A DNA stretch of 64,000 bases from a virus (taxonomy: Duplodnaviria > Caudoviricetes). The stretch covers positions 1 to 64,000 of the IMG/VR virus record IMGVR_UViG_3300028549_000507, one strand, 5' to 3'. Positions 9,807 to 18,622 of this stretch are shown here, one piece after another; position 1 is the stretch's first letter, and each line of letters begins with the position of its first letter. The position numbers and the translations under genes are program-made. The notes beneath the pieces are model-generated. The model ran no database searches and was not told the origin of the DNA. It was given only the letters and a program-made list of their open reading frames with translations.

Positions 9807-10147
9807 CCGTCACACCTTTGCTCAGATATGTATTCACTTGCACTTTTATACTTTGGAATGTGTGGTTGATCCTCCTCATCATTGATCGGGAGACTCTTCA
9901 TAACATTGGATAGACCATACCGGATATTGGTCATAATTTTCTCTTGATTTTTTATTAGAAGCTTATAAGTTTCTACCAAGTCATCGAGAATAGAAATTCT
10001 ATCAGTCATTTCCACAATTTGAGCATCCATCTCATTCGCATCAACAATAAATGTACGGATAATATCCGTAAGACGAGATATCTCGATATGAGCATCATCT
10101 CGCTCACGCTTGTACTTATCGGCCTTATTTTCTTTAGACATAATCAT
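9803..10147 (-). CDS. Hypothetical coiled-coil protein
   Basis: 114 aa; 4-nt stop/start overlap with the next gene. Confidence 0.6.
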   Translation of the reverse strand: MIMSKENKADKYKRERDDAHIEISRLTDIIRTFIVDANEMDAQIVEMTDRISILDDLVETYKLLIKNQEKIMTNIRYGLSNVMKSLPINDEEDQPHIPKYKSASEYISEQRCDG

Positions 10148-10171
10148 TCCTTTTTCTAAACATACGCAATT

Positions 10172-10555
10172 TTAAAGATGACATGATTCATCTTCCTCTA
10201 TAAGATTTATATTCCCATTCTCAAAACTAACTTTGAGAGAATTGATAGCCTTCCGCATATCCCCAGAGATATCGATTGTAGGAGGGAGATCCTGTTTCAT
10301 AAGTATATTAGCATACATACAATCAAGAACTCCCTTTAACGAATTGATAGCTGTTGAGTTTTGGAAGTATATAAATACATTTCCTTTTTCATCCGATTTC
10401 AAAGATTTTAAATCTTTAGATAATTCGATAAAAAACTTTCCATAACCCATAGGGTATACTAGAAGAATTTTCCCGAGAACCTTAGATGCCATTACTTTAA
10501 ATTCTGATTTTAAATTCCTAGAGGGTAGCTCAACGCTGATATCGGATACTCCCAT
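10172..10555 (-). CDS. Hypothetical protein
   Basis: 127 aa, SD AAGGA, operon context. Confidence 0.6.
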   Translation of the reverse strand: MGVSDISVELPSRNLKSEFKVMASKVLGKILLVYPMGYGKFFIELSKDLKSLKSDEKGNVFIYFQNSTAINSLKGVLDCMYANILMKQDLPPTIDISGDMRKAINSLKVSFENGNINLIEEDESCHL

Positions 10556-10570
10556 GATTCTATTCCTTTA

Positions 10571-10783
10571 TCACAAGATTTTTGAAACAATAAATGATGC
10601 AAATACTATAAGTATGATTGCTCCGATTATAACTTTGATAGTCATCCATTCGAAGTTAGGTTGAGTTGTACCACACGACTCATCCTCATCAAATCCATAC
10701 TCATCATCGAAATCATAATCCTCAGGTTCAATTCTCCAATTGCGATCTTTTGGATAATTGCTGAAAGAGTCTGTTTCATTCAT
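10571..10783 (-). CDS. Small membrane-anchored protein
   Basis: Acidic N-half and C-terminal hydrophobic helix (VIIGAIILIVFASFIV); SD AGGAGG. Confidence 0.65.
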   Translation of the reverse strand: MNETDSFSNYPKDRNWRIEPEDYDFDDEYGFDEDESCGTTQPNFEWMTIKVIIGAIILIVFASFIVSKIL

Positions 10784-10894
10784 TTAAATCCTCCTATTGT
10801 AGATTATAGAGTGCCTACATTCATAGACATCATGATTATATATATATTTAAAATTAAATATTAAAGGAGCTGGTTTTACCCAGCCCCAATATAA

Positions 10895-11212
10895 TTAAAT
10901 TAATACGGTTCGAATTGCATCGAATCCTGTAATCAATGCGCCAGTTACAACTGGTGTAATTCCGGTATTAGTTAGTCCACTTAGAATACTTGGAGCAGCC
11001 ATACCTGTAGTTACTGCATTTTTAAAATCTGTTGGTGCAATAATTACTATACCAAGTATACCAACTACGCCAGAAATAACACACTGTAACAGGAAATAAA
11101 GATTAATATCTCCGTATGCTTTAGTTGTAAGTATCTCCAACAGTCTAAGTAAAGAGATGGCCGTCCCTCCAATAAATCCGCCAATGATGTATTCTTTTGC
11201 AGGAATAGTCAT
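10895..11212 (-). CDS. Small multi-pass membrane protein (holin candidate)
   Basis: 105 aa with 2-3 hydrophobic segments and its own late promoter. Confidence 0.4.
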   Translation of the reverse strand: MTIPAKEYIIGGFIGGTAISLLRLLEILTTKAYGDINLYFLLQCVISGVVGILGIVIIAPTDFKNAVTTGMAAPSILSGLTNTGITPVVTGALITGFDAIRTVLI

Positions 11213-11243
11213 ATGGTTCCTCCACGATTAAATATTAGTAATA

Positions 11244-11255
11244 CACTAATATGTT
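11244..11255 (-). promoter_or_regulatory. Late promoter AACA-N6-TG
   Basis: AACATATTAGTG. Confidence 0.65.
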
Positions 11256-11258
11256 AAT

Positions 11259-11828
11259 TTAGATGTGGGGAATAGTTTCGTGTAAATGAGTTATAACTTT
11301 TACTCGTTTATCGAGCTTAAATTCAACGGCATGGTCATAATTGTGCGGAGTGTGTTCATTGCTAACCATAAATAATTTAGCTTTAGAACCTATACAATCT
11401 TTTATTGCGAAAGCATTATCATCCACAATTATAGAAGCGTTAAGGGAATCTACCAAAGGTCGTTTACTCTTCCCATCTGTAAACCAAACTTCTTCGATTT
11501 TTGGAATATGTCTTAGAACCATATCCAAAGTAGCCTTACCGATCGTAGATTCAGCTCGAGCAGTTACACATATTGGCTTATAACCTAACTGAATAAGTTC
11601 ATCAACAAACTCTTTAGCACCTGCAATCGGATTAAAACTTCCCATAATTGTAGGATCATTGAATCTCTTATTGATTAATTCCGCTACATAGCTTGGAATA
11701 TCCATCTTACTTAGATCATAATGTCTTTTAATATGACCTAAGTTAAGTTCATTCAAAGTATCAGTTATAACGGTATTTTTGAATAAAGTATCATCAATAT
11801 CTAATACTGCAATAGGGCGATAAAACAT
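11259..11828 (-). CDS. HAD-superfamily phosphatase (5'(3')-nucleotidase-like)
   Basis: Motif I VLDIDDTL, motif II VTAR, motif IV IVDDN; start moved to the ATG at 11828 (SD AGGA). Confidence 0.75.
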   Translation of the reverse strand: MFYRPIAVLDIDDTLFKNTVITDTLNELNLGHIKRHYDLSKMDIPSYVAELINKRFNDPTIMGSFNPIAGAKEFVDELIQLGYKPICVTARAESTIGKATLDMVLRHIPKIEEVWFTDGKSKRPLVDSLNASIIVDDNAFAIKDCIGSKAKLFMVSNEHTPHNYDHAVEFKLDKRVKVITHLHETIPHI

Positions 11829-11860
11829 AAAGTATCCTAAAGTTAAAGTTAAGTATCTTA

Positions 11861-11872
11861 CAATTAATTGTT
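11861..11872 (-). promoter_or_regulatory. Promoter AACA-N6-TG
   Basis: AACAATTAATTG upstream of the HAD gene. Confidence 0.6.
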
Positions 11873-11905
11873 TCGCATTAAATACAAAAACATATATAAA
11901 CCAAG

Positions 11906-11917
11906 AACATTTTATTG
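11906..11917 (+). promoter_or_regulatory. Late promoter AACA-N6-TG
   Basis: AACATTTTATTG. Confidence 0.65.
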
Positions 11918-11951
11918 TAAGTTTAATTTCCATCAATAAGGGAGATCGTAT

Positions 11952-13886
11952 ATGTTCGACAAGAATAGAACTAGTAACAATCTCAAAGACTTCTATGATA
12001 GTGGATTTGAGGCATCATACGATAGTAATATGTCCCAAATGATTCAAACAATCGTTGAAGAATCTAGAGAACTTTTCAAAAGTATGCTAAACGACAGTAA
12101 CACCAACGTCATAAACACTGCGGATTTTGATACTTTGGCAGAATTCCTTGGGAAATCTTTTACAGAACAACAGGAAGTCTACAAACTCAATAAGAGTTCA
12201 GCTATTAGACCTCTCGAATATTCTACAAGAGACATACTACTCCTTAATGAAGCAGTAATCCCGGGTAAAGACGACATCAAACATTTTTACAGATTTGATT
12301 CAGAGATATCCGTTCCAAGAGTTACCGAAAAATACATACTTCAGATTGTTAAAGATAGTCATAAAGGCGAAACTTACAATAGTTTGAACAATAATCATTC
12401 GGAAATACTCCCTACAGATATGATCGTTCCTATTTCATATTGTATTCCTACACTTGGAAATACTGATAAAATTGAATCTCTTTATAAGAGTAATGTATTG
12501 AATGTGTATACTAATATTGATAAAGATGAGTTCTTCTCATATATTATCAAAATTGTAAGTAGAATTCAATTCCAAACAAATCTCATTGTTATTGATAATT
12601 CCAACTATCTTTCTGTATTTAGATCAGTACTTTCGAACTTCGTATCAGTACTTTCTATGCCGAATATTGTAACAATGATTATTAAGGAACTCGCTGTAAC
12701 AGATGCTGTTAAAGCTGCCGTATTTATTAGTACGTTTTCTTCTATTAATAAATATTATGATCATATTTCAACATATGGAACTGTTGATTATGTGATCAAA
12801 ATGTTTAAGAAGGCTCTGTCTACTACTAAGATAACTGAAACTCATGAAAAAATGTGGCAATCACATAAAAATATCATTGATGTTATAACTGGTTGTAGAG
12901 GTATGGATTCTGTTTATTTCCACATGATATCTGATATCATGATGAATAAATCATTCAAAGATGTAAGTAATAAGAAAGAAGAATTCTTGAATTTCGTTAC
13001 TTCGAATTCTATAATTACGATTCTTATAAATGCGTCTATCTCATGTGGTGGACATAATACTGGAATTAGAGGATTGCATAATCTTATCGGAATTCATCCT
13101 GATGATTTGCGAGTTCTCGATGTTCAAATTCCTGTACTAAATGTTAGTGAGAGTATTATTGAAGCCATGTATACTGCTACAGTGAATAATATGGTTGCAA
13201 TATCTTACTCAACATTCTGCATGAAACATGTTCAGATAGCTAAAGGACGCGTTAAAGATACATCATCATACTCTATTACAGAGTATGGGTACGTAAAAAA
13301 TATCTTGGAAAGTTCTCTTGATATTCTTTATCATAATTCTAGAGTTTTGAGAAGAATGTATAAGAACTTGAATAGAAGAAATGAAGATTGTTGTGTTAAA
13401 TCGTATGAAGAAACCGGTAAATCATTCTTAACAGATCCGTATGAGATTAATATTATTTCAAGATTATCTAATCTACCTACGATTAGACGTATTGTTACGA
13501 ATCTTAACACAATTTCTAATGACTTTGAAACCTTACGTGGAGATCTTGATAAGAATCCTGTGTTTGGTGGAGCGAGTGCTATGACTATGAGTATCTCTGG
13601 AGAATCTGAAGATTACTTCTCTACAGAATTCTTTAAAGCAGATGTATCTTCTGAAAATTTCATTAAGCAGTTTACGAAGAATATCACTGTCGGATCCAAT
13701 GTTATTAAATATTGTGATGATCTCAAAGTTGATACAAGACTTGCAGTTGAATCTGGCGATGATGCTGGTATTACTGATTGTATAAAACGCTACGCGGTTC
13801 TCAAGGATTATGCTAATAGAATTACAAATGAAAGTAATTCTAAGATTGCATCTAAGACTATGAGATATGTTGCTAATTTGCTTTAA
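11952..13886 (+). CDS. Hypothetical late/virion protein
   Basis: 644 aa, late promoter, upstream of the terminase; several S/G/A-x-E sites. Confidence 0.55.
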   Translation: MFDKNRTSNNLKDFYDSGFEASYDSNMSQMIQTIVEESRELFKSMLNDSNTNVINTADFDTLAEFLGKSFTEQQEVYKLNKSSAIRPLEYSTRDILLLNEAVIPGKDDIKHFYRFDSEISVPRVTEKYILQIVKDSHKGETYNSLNNNHSEILPTDMIVPISYCIPTLGNTDKIESLYKSNVLNVYTNIDKDEFFSYIIKIVSRIQFQTNLIVIDNSNYLSVFRSVLSNFVSVLSMPNIVTMIIKELAVTDAVKAAVFISTFSSINKYYDHISTYGTVDYVIKMFKKALSTTKITETHEKMWQSHKNIIDVITGCRGMDSVYFHMISDIMMNKSFKDVSNKKEEFLNFVTSNSIITILINASISCGGHNTGIRGLHNLIGIHPDDLRVLDVQIPVLNVSESIIEAMYTATVNNMVAISYSTFCMKHVQIAKGRVKDTSSYSITEYGYVKNILESSLDILYHNSRVLRRMYKNLNRRNEDCCVKSYEETGKSFLTDPYEINIISRLSNLPTIRRIVTNLNTISNDFETLRGDLDKNPVFGGASAMTMSISGESEDYFSTEFFKADVSSENFIKQFTKNITVGSNVIKYCDDLKVDTRLAVESGDDAGITDCIKRYAVLKDYANRITNESNSKIASKTMRYVANLL

Positions 13887-13891
13887 TATTT

Positions 13892-13921
13892 GAGGTATAG
13901 GGGGAATACTCCCTATACCTC
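13892..13921 (+). terminator. 11-bp hairpin between 11952 and terL (terminator/attenuator)
   Basis: GAGGTATAGGG/CCCTATACCTC with a weak T-tract. Confidence 0.55.
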
Positions 13922-13945
13922 TTATAAAAATACTACGGAGGAATA

Positions 13946-16024
13946 ATGATACACTATACTACAACAAATATGTCATCTTTAAAGATGTCATATTTGCTAA
14001 GTGATATGGGTATAGATAATTGTAATTTTATGTTACGATTAGATAATCCAGAACTACTTAGAGTAGACCCATTCGATGAGAACCTAACCGATTTACAGAG
14101 AGCTATGATTACTCATGAGATAATCCATAACCCTTGGTATTTCTTCAGGGAGATTGTAAGAATCCCTGCAGGCGGAGCACTTATTCGATTTGAATTTCAT
14201 AGAGGAAATATAGCATTAATATGGGCAGTATTAAATGATATAAGTTGTTTTGTAGTATGGCCTAGACAAACGTACAAGACAACAACTATGACATGTATAT
14301 ATGATTACCTGTATTACTGGGGAAGTATGCATAATAAGATGGTATTCATAGCCCATGAAGATTCTATTGTAAAAAAGAATCTTCAAGGAGTTAAGGATAT
14401 TCGTGATAATCTGCCTCCATGGTTAAATCTATATGACAAATCGGATAGAGATAATGAAAAAGAAATGTATAATAGCATTGCCAATAACCGCATTACATGT
14501 AGGGCTCCTGCTCGTAATGAGGATGGTGCTAGAAAAGCTGGTCGAGGTCTTACCACTCCTGCACAATGGTTTGACGAAATTGCGTTCGTTAAGTATATCG
14601 CTGCTATGTATGATAGTATCTCATTTGCATACGCTCAAGCTTCTAAAAGTGCAAAAGAAAATGGCGCACCGCACCACCAGATAATGACAACTACCGCAGG
14701 ATTCCTTAATACGGACGAAGGACAGTGGTCACATAACTTTATGATGAGTTGTGCAGACTTTACTGAGCAATTCTATGATATGGATATCTCTGTAGTTAAA
14801 ACTATTATTGATAATACATCTTTATCGAATTTCTTGAATGTATCATTCATGTATTATGATTTGGGTAAAGATGAGTTCTATCTCGAAGAACAACGTCGAC
14901 GACTCGTTAACTCCCCGACTCCTAAGGATACATTGGATCGAGAAGTTTTAAATAAATGGAAAGATATTAGTACGGAGCACCCACTCGGTCAGGAACGTAT
15001 TGAAAGACTTAATGGACTTGTTAAGGATCCTAATGATTATGCTATAATAAATGATACTTATTCCGTTCGAATTTATGTCGATATGAATACATTTGATATA
15101 TCTAAACCATTGATCGGTGGACTTGACTTGGGAGGAAACCTTCGTGGCGACTTCTCAGCACTTACACTTGTAGACCCTACAGACTTTAAGGTTGTAGCTG
15201 TTATGCGAACTAACTCGCAAAGTACAACTTTGTTTGCATTCGCTATTATAACTATTATGACGGATATGTTTCCAAATATGATACTCTTTCCTGAACGAAA
15301 TTATAATGGCGCTATCATTGATATGATTGTATCATATCTTCCTAATTCTAGAAAAAGAGTATATTTCGAAGGGCCGGATAGACCTGGATTATTCAATAGT
15401 AAGGCTGTACGTCCTGTTCTTTTCAATATTATACTTAGAACAATTGTTGATGAATATGGTGATAGAATCTTTGATAAAACTATTATTACAGAAATATCAG
15501 GTTTGATTCGTACTAGAGCTGGAAGAATTGACCATAAGCCTGGCAAACACGATGATACTTTGATTAGTTTACTTTTGGCATTCTATTTTATATTGTATGT
15601 AGATGATAATGGATTGTATTTTGATAAGAGTATTATACTCTCTAACTTTGAAAAAGGTAATCTTATTGGGGATAAAACTCTAAAAAGTAAATCTAAAGCT
15701 AGAAAGAGTAAACTCGAAGCAATGGGATCACAATATTCTGCACTTATGGATAGTGCTTCTAAGGTATCTAGTTTGGATGATATTGCAAATATTATGTTTG
15801 AAAACCATTATTCTAAACGGGCGAATGTTAGTAGTAAAGTGGAAGTCTTTGAAATTGGAGGGGACAACTTTGATAATATTGAGGAAAGTGATAATATTAG
15901 TATTATCAGGAATGACCTTGATAAGATACGAGATGAGACTACCGTTAGAAGTCACCATGCTGATAATGTTAGGCCATCAAGTTCAAAAGAAAAAGATATG
16001 CTTACTGCTGTGTTTGGTTGGTAA
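13946..16024 (+). CDS. terL: Terminase large subunit
   Basis: NPWYFFREIVRIP, Walker A PRQTYKT, Walker B WFDE, TTTAG motif, nuclease acidic residues GLDLGG..DFS and HDD. Confidence 0.93.
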   Translation: MIHYTTTNMSSLKMSYLLSDMGIDNCNFMLRLDNPELLRVDPFDENLTDLQRAMITHEIIHNPWYFFREIVRIPAGGALIRFEFHRGNIALIWAVLNDISCFVVWPRQTYKTTTMTCIYDYLYYWGSMHNKMVFIAHEDSIVKKNLQGVKDIRDNLPPWLNLYDKSDRDNEKEMYNSIANNRITCRAPARNEDGARKAGRGLTTPAQWFDEIAFVKYIAAMYDSISFAYAQASKSAKENGAPHHQIMTTTAGFLNTDEGQWSHNFMMSCADFTEQFYDMDISVVKTIIDNTSLSNFLNVSFMYYDLGKDEFYLEEQRRRLVNSPTPKDTLDREVLNKWKDISTEHPLGQERIERLNGLVKDPNDYAIINDTYSVRIYVDMNTFDISKPLIGGLDLGGNLRGDFSALTLVDPTDFKVVAVMRTNSQSTTLFAFAIITIMTDMFPNMILFPERNYNGAIIDMIVSYLPNSRKRVYFEGPDRPGLFNSKAVRPVLFNIILRTIVDEYGDRIFDKTIITEISGLIRTRAGRIDHKPGKHDDTLISLLLAFYFILYVDDNGLYFDKSIILSNFEKGNLIGDKTLKSKSKARKSKLEAMGSQYSALMDSASKVSSLDDIANIMFENHYSKRANVSSKVEVFEIGGDNFDNIEESDNISIIRNDLDKIRDETTVRSHHADNVRPSSSKEKDMLTAVFGW

Positions 16025-16055
16025 AAAAAGAAGGAGAGCGTAATGCTCTCCTTCT
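16023..16055. terminator. Terminator, family T2
   Basis: A7-GAAGGAGAGC-GTAAT-GCTCTCCTTC; related copies at 27070, 28041 and 62420. Confidence 0.85.
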
Positions 16056-16211
16056 CTATTTATATCGACAGTCCTCAACGATCTGATCGATCGATCGGGA
16101 ATTATGTTTGTCGATATACTCTTTACAGTATCCCATACATTCCCTATACGATAAAAGAACTCCTCCGAAAATCATGATAAATATAAACCATTTTTTAATA
16201 GAAGCTTTCAT
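16056..16211 (-). CDS. Unannotated 51-aa cassette ORF (MKASIKKWFIFIMIFGGVLLSYRECMGYCKEYIDKHNSRSIDQIVEDCRYK)
   Basis: SD AAGGA plus TTATT-ATG, its own promoter/leader, stop abutting a terminator, N-terminal hydrophobic segment. Confidence 0.75.
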   Translation of the reverse strand: MKASIKKWFIFIMIFGGVLLSYRECMGYCKEYIDKHNSRSIDQIVEDCRYK

Positions 16212-16326
16212 AATAAATCCTTTTCTTGGTACCATAGATAAATATAATTAATTAGAGTGTATGGTATAGTCTTTCTATCCATTCTCCACTATTAAATATA
16301 TACTTTATAATTAATTTAAAAAACTT
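16212..16326 (-). promoter_or_regulatory. Early promoter plus family-A hairpin leader plus CTATGGTAC box
   Basis: TATATTTAATAGT at 16288-16300; 48/49 nt identical to 62742-62790. Confidence 0.85.
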
Positions 16327-16355
16327 AAAAAAGAAGAGGGATTACTCCCTCTTCT
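16327..16355 (-). terminator. Terminator, family T1
   Basis: AGAAGAGGGA-GTAA-TCCCTCTTCT plus T-tract; related copies at 29980, 54214 and 62813. Confidence 0.85.
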
Positions 16356-16362
16356 AATAATT

Positions 16363-16998
16363 TCATTTAAAAGCAATCGACCGAACTACCATTGAACAGA
16401 GTGCCGCCGTAGGATTTAATACTGTCATATGGGGTTCTCCGAACTCTTTAATACCACTCTCTTCGAATACGATAAAGAATGAATTATGATTATAATGCTT
16501 AGCAAGAAGCATTGTATGATATATCATCTGATCTACTTTTGCCAAGTCTTCTTCTTTAAGATAATCTAGAAGATATAAGATTGGCGGGTATTTACCATCT
16601 CTAGTAATAACCTCTCCAAATTTACCTTCATACCATTCACCGATATCCTCAAGTTCAACCGATACGCAGTATGAATCATTGAGAGCTTTAAACTCCCCTT
16701 TAGGTTTATTCTTCTTCATATCAAATCTTGATCTGAAATGAATATTATAACCATTATCGATATATGCATCATCGAACATATATACAATGGTTTCAACGGT
16801 TTCAACGCTAGATTCATTTCCTATCAATCTTAAATTGTTGACATTAGGTTGATTGTTGGGTATCATCATATTAGTAGGATTCATATGCATACCATTGACC
16901 CCAGCATCAATGGGCAATCCTCCCTGACCCATATTAAAATTAACAGACATTGAATGAACGTTCATTCCTCCAAATAAAGACCCTCCAGAACCAAACAT
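16363..16998 (-). CDS. Hypothetical early protein
   Basis: 211 aa, SD AAGGAG, G/N/M-rich N-terminus; upstream TATATATTACTTAATG promoter variant. Confidence 0.65.
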   Translation of the reverse strand: MFGSGGSLFGGMNVHSMSVNFNMGQGGLPIDAGVNGMHMNPTNMMIPNNQPNVNNLRLIGNESSVETVETIVYMFDDAYIDNGYNIHFRSRFDMKKNKPKGEFKALNDSYCVSVELEDIGEWYEGKFGEVITRDGKYPPILYLLDYLKEEDLAKVDQMIYHTMLLAKHYNHNSFFIVFEESGIKEFGEPHMTVLNPTAALCSMVVRSIAFK

Positions 16999-17091
16999 AA
17001 CTTCTCCTTATTAAAGTTGCATCTCATTAAGTAATATATAGACAATTTTATACTTTGAGTATTTATTTGTTACTTTGATCATAAAAAAGTA

Positions 17092-17103
17092 AACATCTTA
17101 TTG
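17092..17103 (+). promoter_or_regulatory. Late promoter AACA-N6-TG
   Basis: AACATCTTATTG. Confidence 0.7.
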
Positions 17104-17131
17104 TATTAAACTTTTACATAGGATTAATTGT

Positions 17132-17770
17132 ATGAGTGTCAACGATTTAGTATCAGTTTCTGTTGAACAAGATAGCGACATGCTCGGTCTTGAAAAAATA
17201 TTACTACAAAACATCACAAACCAAGTAACTGACTTTTATGGCGATTATACTGGGGATGTATCTACTGAAGTCGATTATATACGGGAGTATATTGAGAATC
17301 GGTTTGAGGGAGATTTTGAGTATATTATTGAAAACTTTGAAACAGTCTGTAATGTGAGTAATCTCGAGGAAAGCTTCGATACAATATCTAGAGGTATTGT
17401 AGATATATTGAAATCTCACGTTGGAATTTGTTTTGATCTTGATAGAGAGAATGTATACTTCTCTGATATCTATAGTGTCTATTGTCTATTTGTACTTGCA
17501 TTTAGAAATACTTTAACAGTATCAACTCTAAATCATTACAGAAAATATAGACAGAAAATTAATATTGCACAGGTTACTATTGATAAGATCTGTGATTATT
17601 GTTTGAGTGATGAGTTCTCTCCAACTGATGAGTTTATTTCAAATTTAGCTCAATCAGGAGAGTTGACAGCTTCAGAAATCCAATCCAAAATTGACGATAA
17701 TGTAATATTTATAGATGAATTTGTTTTCTCATCTTACATATACAGATTCGTTACCAATTCTTTATCGTAA
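17132..17770 (+). CDS. Hypothetical late protein
   Basis: 212 aa, acidic, late promoter. Confidence 0.6.
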   Translation: MSVNDLVSVSVEQDSDMLGLEKILLQNITNQVTDFYGDYTGDVSTEVDYIREYIENRFEGDFEYIIENFETVCNVSNLEESFDTISRGIVDILKSHVGICFDLDRENVYFSDIYSVYCLFVLAFRNTLTVSTLNHYRKYRQKINIAQVTIDKICDYCLSDEFSPTDEFISNLAQSGELTASEIQSKIDDNVIFIDEFVFSSYIYRFVTNSLS

Positions 17771-17781
17771 GGGCGATATAA

Positions 17782-18525
17782 ATGGAAGAAGTATTTAAGA
17801 AGTTCTTTACACATAAACCTGATGATAAGTCACTGGTTCTAAAAGAACCTTATTATGCAGAGATCAGAATTCCTATAGAAATGTTTGACAAAGGTATAGC
17901 TAATATATTCGGTGATACTGTCAGTACTTTCTTCTTTGTGGATATTTATATTTGGGATGAGTATACAGACGTTCCTCTTATTAAAGATGCTACAAAAATA
18001 AATATAAGAATTCCAAACATACTATCATCTAGACCCACTAGAATAAAATATGATAGTAAGAATTCTGAGAATATATTAGAGTTTATGCCCAACGACCAAG
18101 TCATAATGACAACTATGGTTCCTAAGAAATCTGAAGTTGTTGTTGAATTCTTTGAGATAATGTTGGATGGTAAGATTCCTGATGATATACCATATAATGA
18201 AATATCTGGTTATTTCGAGGAATGTGCTAGAATTAATGGAGTTAACCTTCGGGCAAACTCTTTATATGTAGACGCAATGGTTGCTTCTATATGTAGAGAT
18301 CCCAATAATAACTCTAGACAATTCAAAGAACTTATAGCGGAGAATCCTAAAGTTTCAATGTATTCTAGAAAAGTTGTTAATGCGGACTTAATACCGTCAA
18401 TGACTTCTCAATTTAACGCTATAACAAATAGTAATCCTAAATACGGTATCACATCGTCTATAGGAGCTGTTCGTAGTGGGGATATGGAAATCATTGAAAC
18501 TGACATTGACGTTGCAATTAAATAA
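17782..18525 (+). CDS. Putative virion RNA polymerase subunit, beta-prime C-terminal fragment
   Basis: NGVNLRANSLYVDAMVASICR resembles QGVKINDKHIEVIVRQMLR, and TSQFNAITNSNPKYGITSSI resembles [20 protein letters not shown] of bacterial RpoC (aligned by eye). Confidence 0.55.
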   Translation: MEEVFKKFFTHKPDDKSLVLKEPYYAEIRIPIEMFDKGIANIFGDTVSTFFFVDIYIWDEYTDVPLIKDATKINIRIPNILSSRPTRIKYDSKNSENILEFMPNDQVIMTTMVPKKSEVVVEFFEIMLDGKIPDDIPYNEISGYFEECARINGVNLRANSLYVDAMVASICRDPNNNSRQFKELIAENPKVSMYSRKVVNADLIPSMTSQFNAITNSNPKYGITSSIGAVRSGDMEIIETDIDVAIK

Positions 18526-18561
18526 ATAAATTGAAATTAACATTATTAATACCCATATAAT

Positions 18562-18573
18562 AACATTGTAATG
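18562..18573 (+). promoter_or_regulatory. Late promoter AACA-N6-TG
   Basis: AACATTGTAATG upstream of the sheath gene. Confidence 0.7.
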
Positions 18574-18622
18574 GTACATTTGTTATATTATGTGTAGTAA
18601 AATTTAAACTCGGAGGTTAATC

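Noticed and set aside
11829-11936. Track start extensions for several ORFs (also 1728, 27964, 38707, 51268, 58930, 62713, 63869)
   Set aside because: Downstream ATGs have clear SD sequences and the extensions run through promoter or leader elements; 63869 is internal to the intein
16240-16300. Self-cleaving ribozyme in the cassette leaders
   Set aside because: I found no hammerhead CUGANGA/GAAA core or other ribozyme consensus; only simple hairpins are supported
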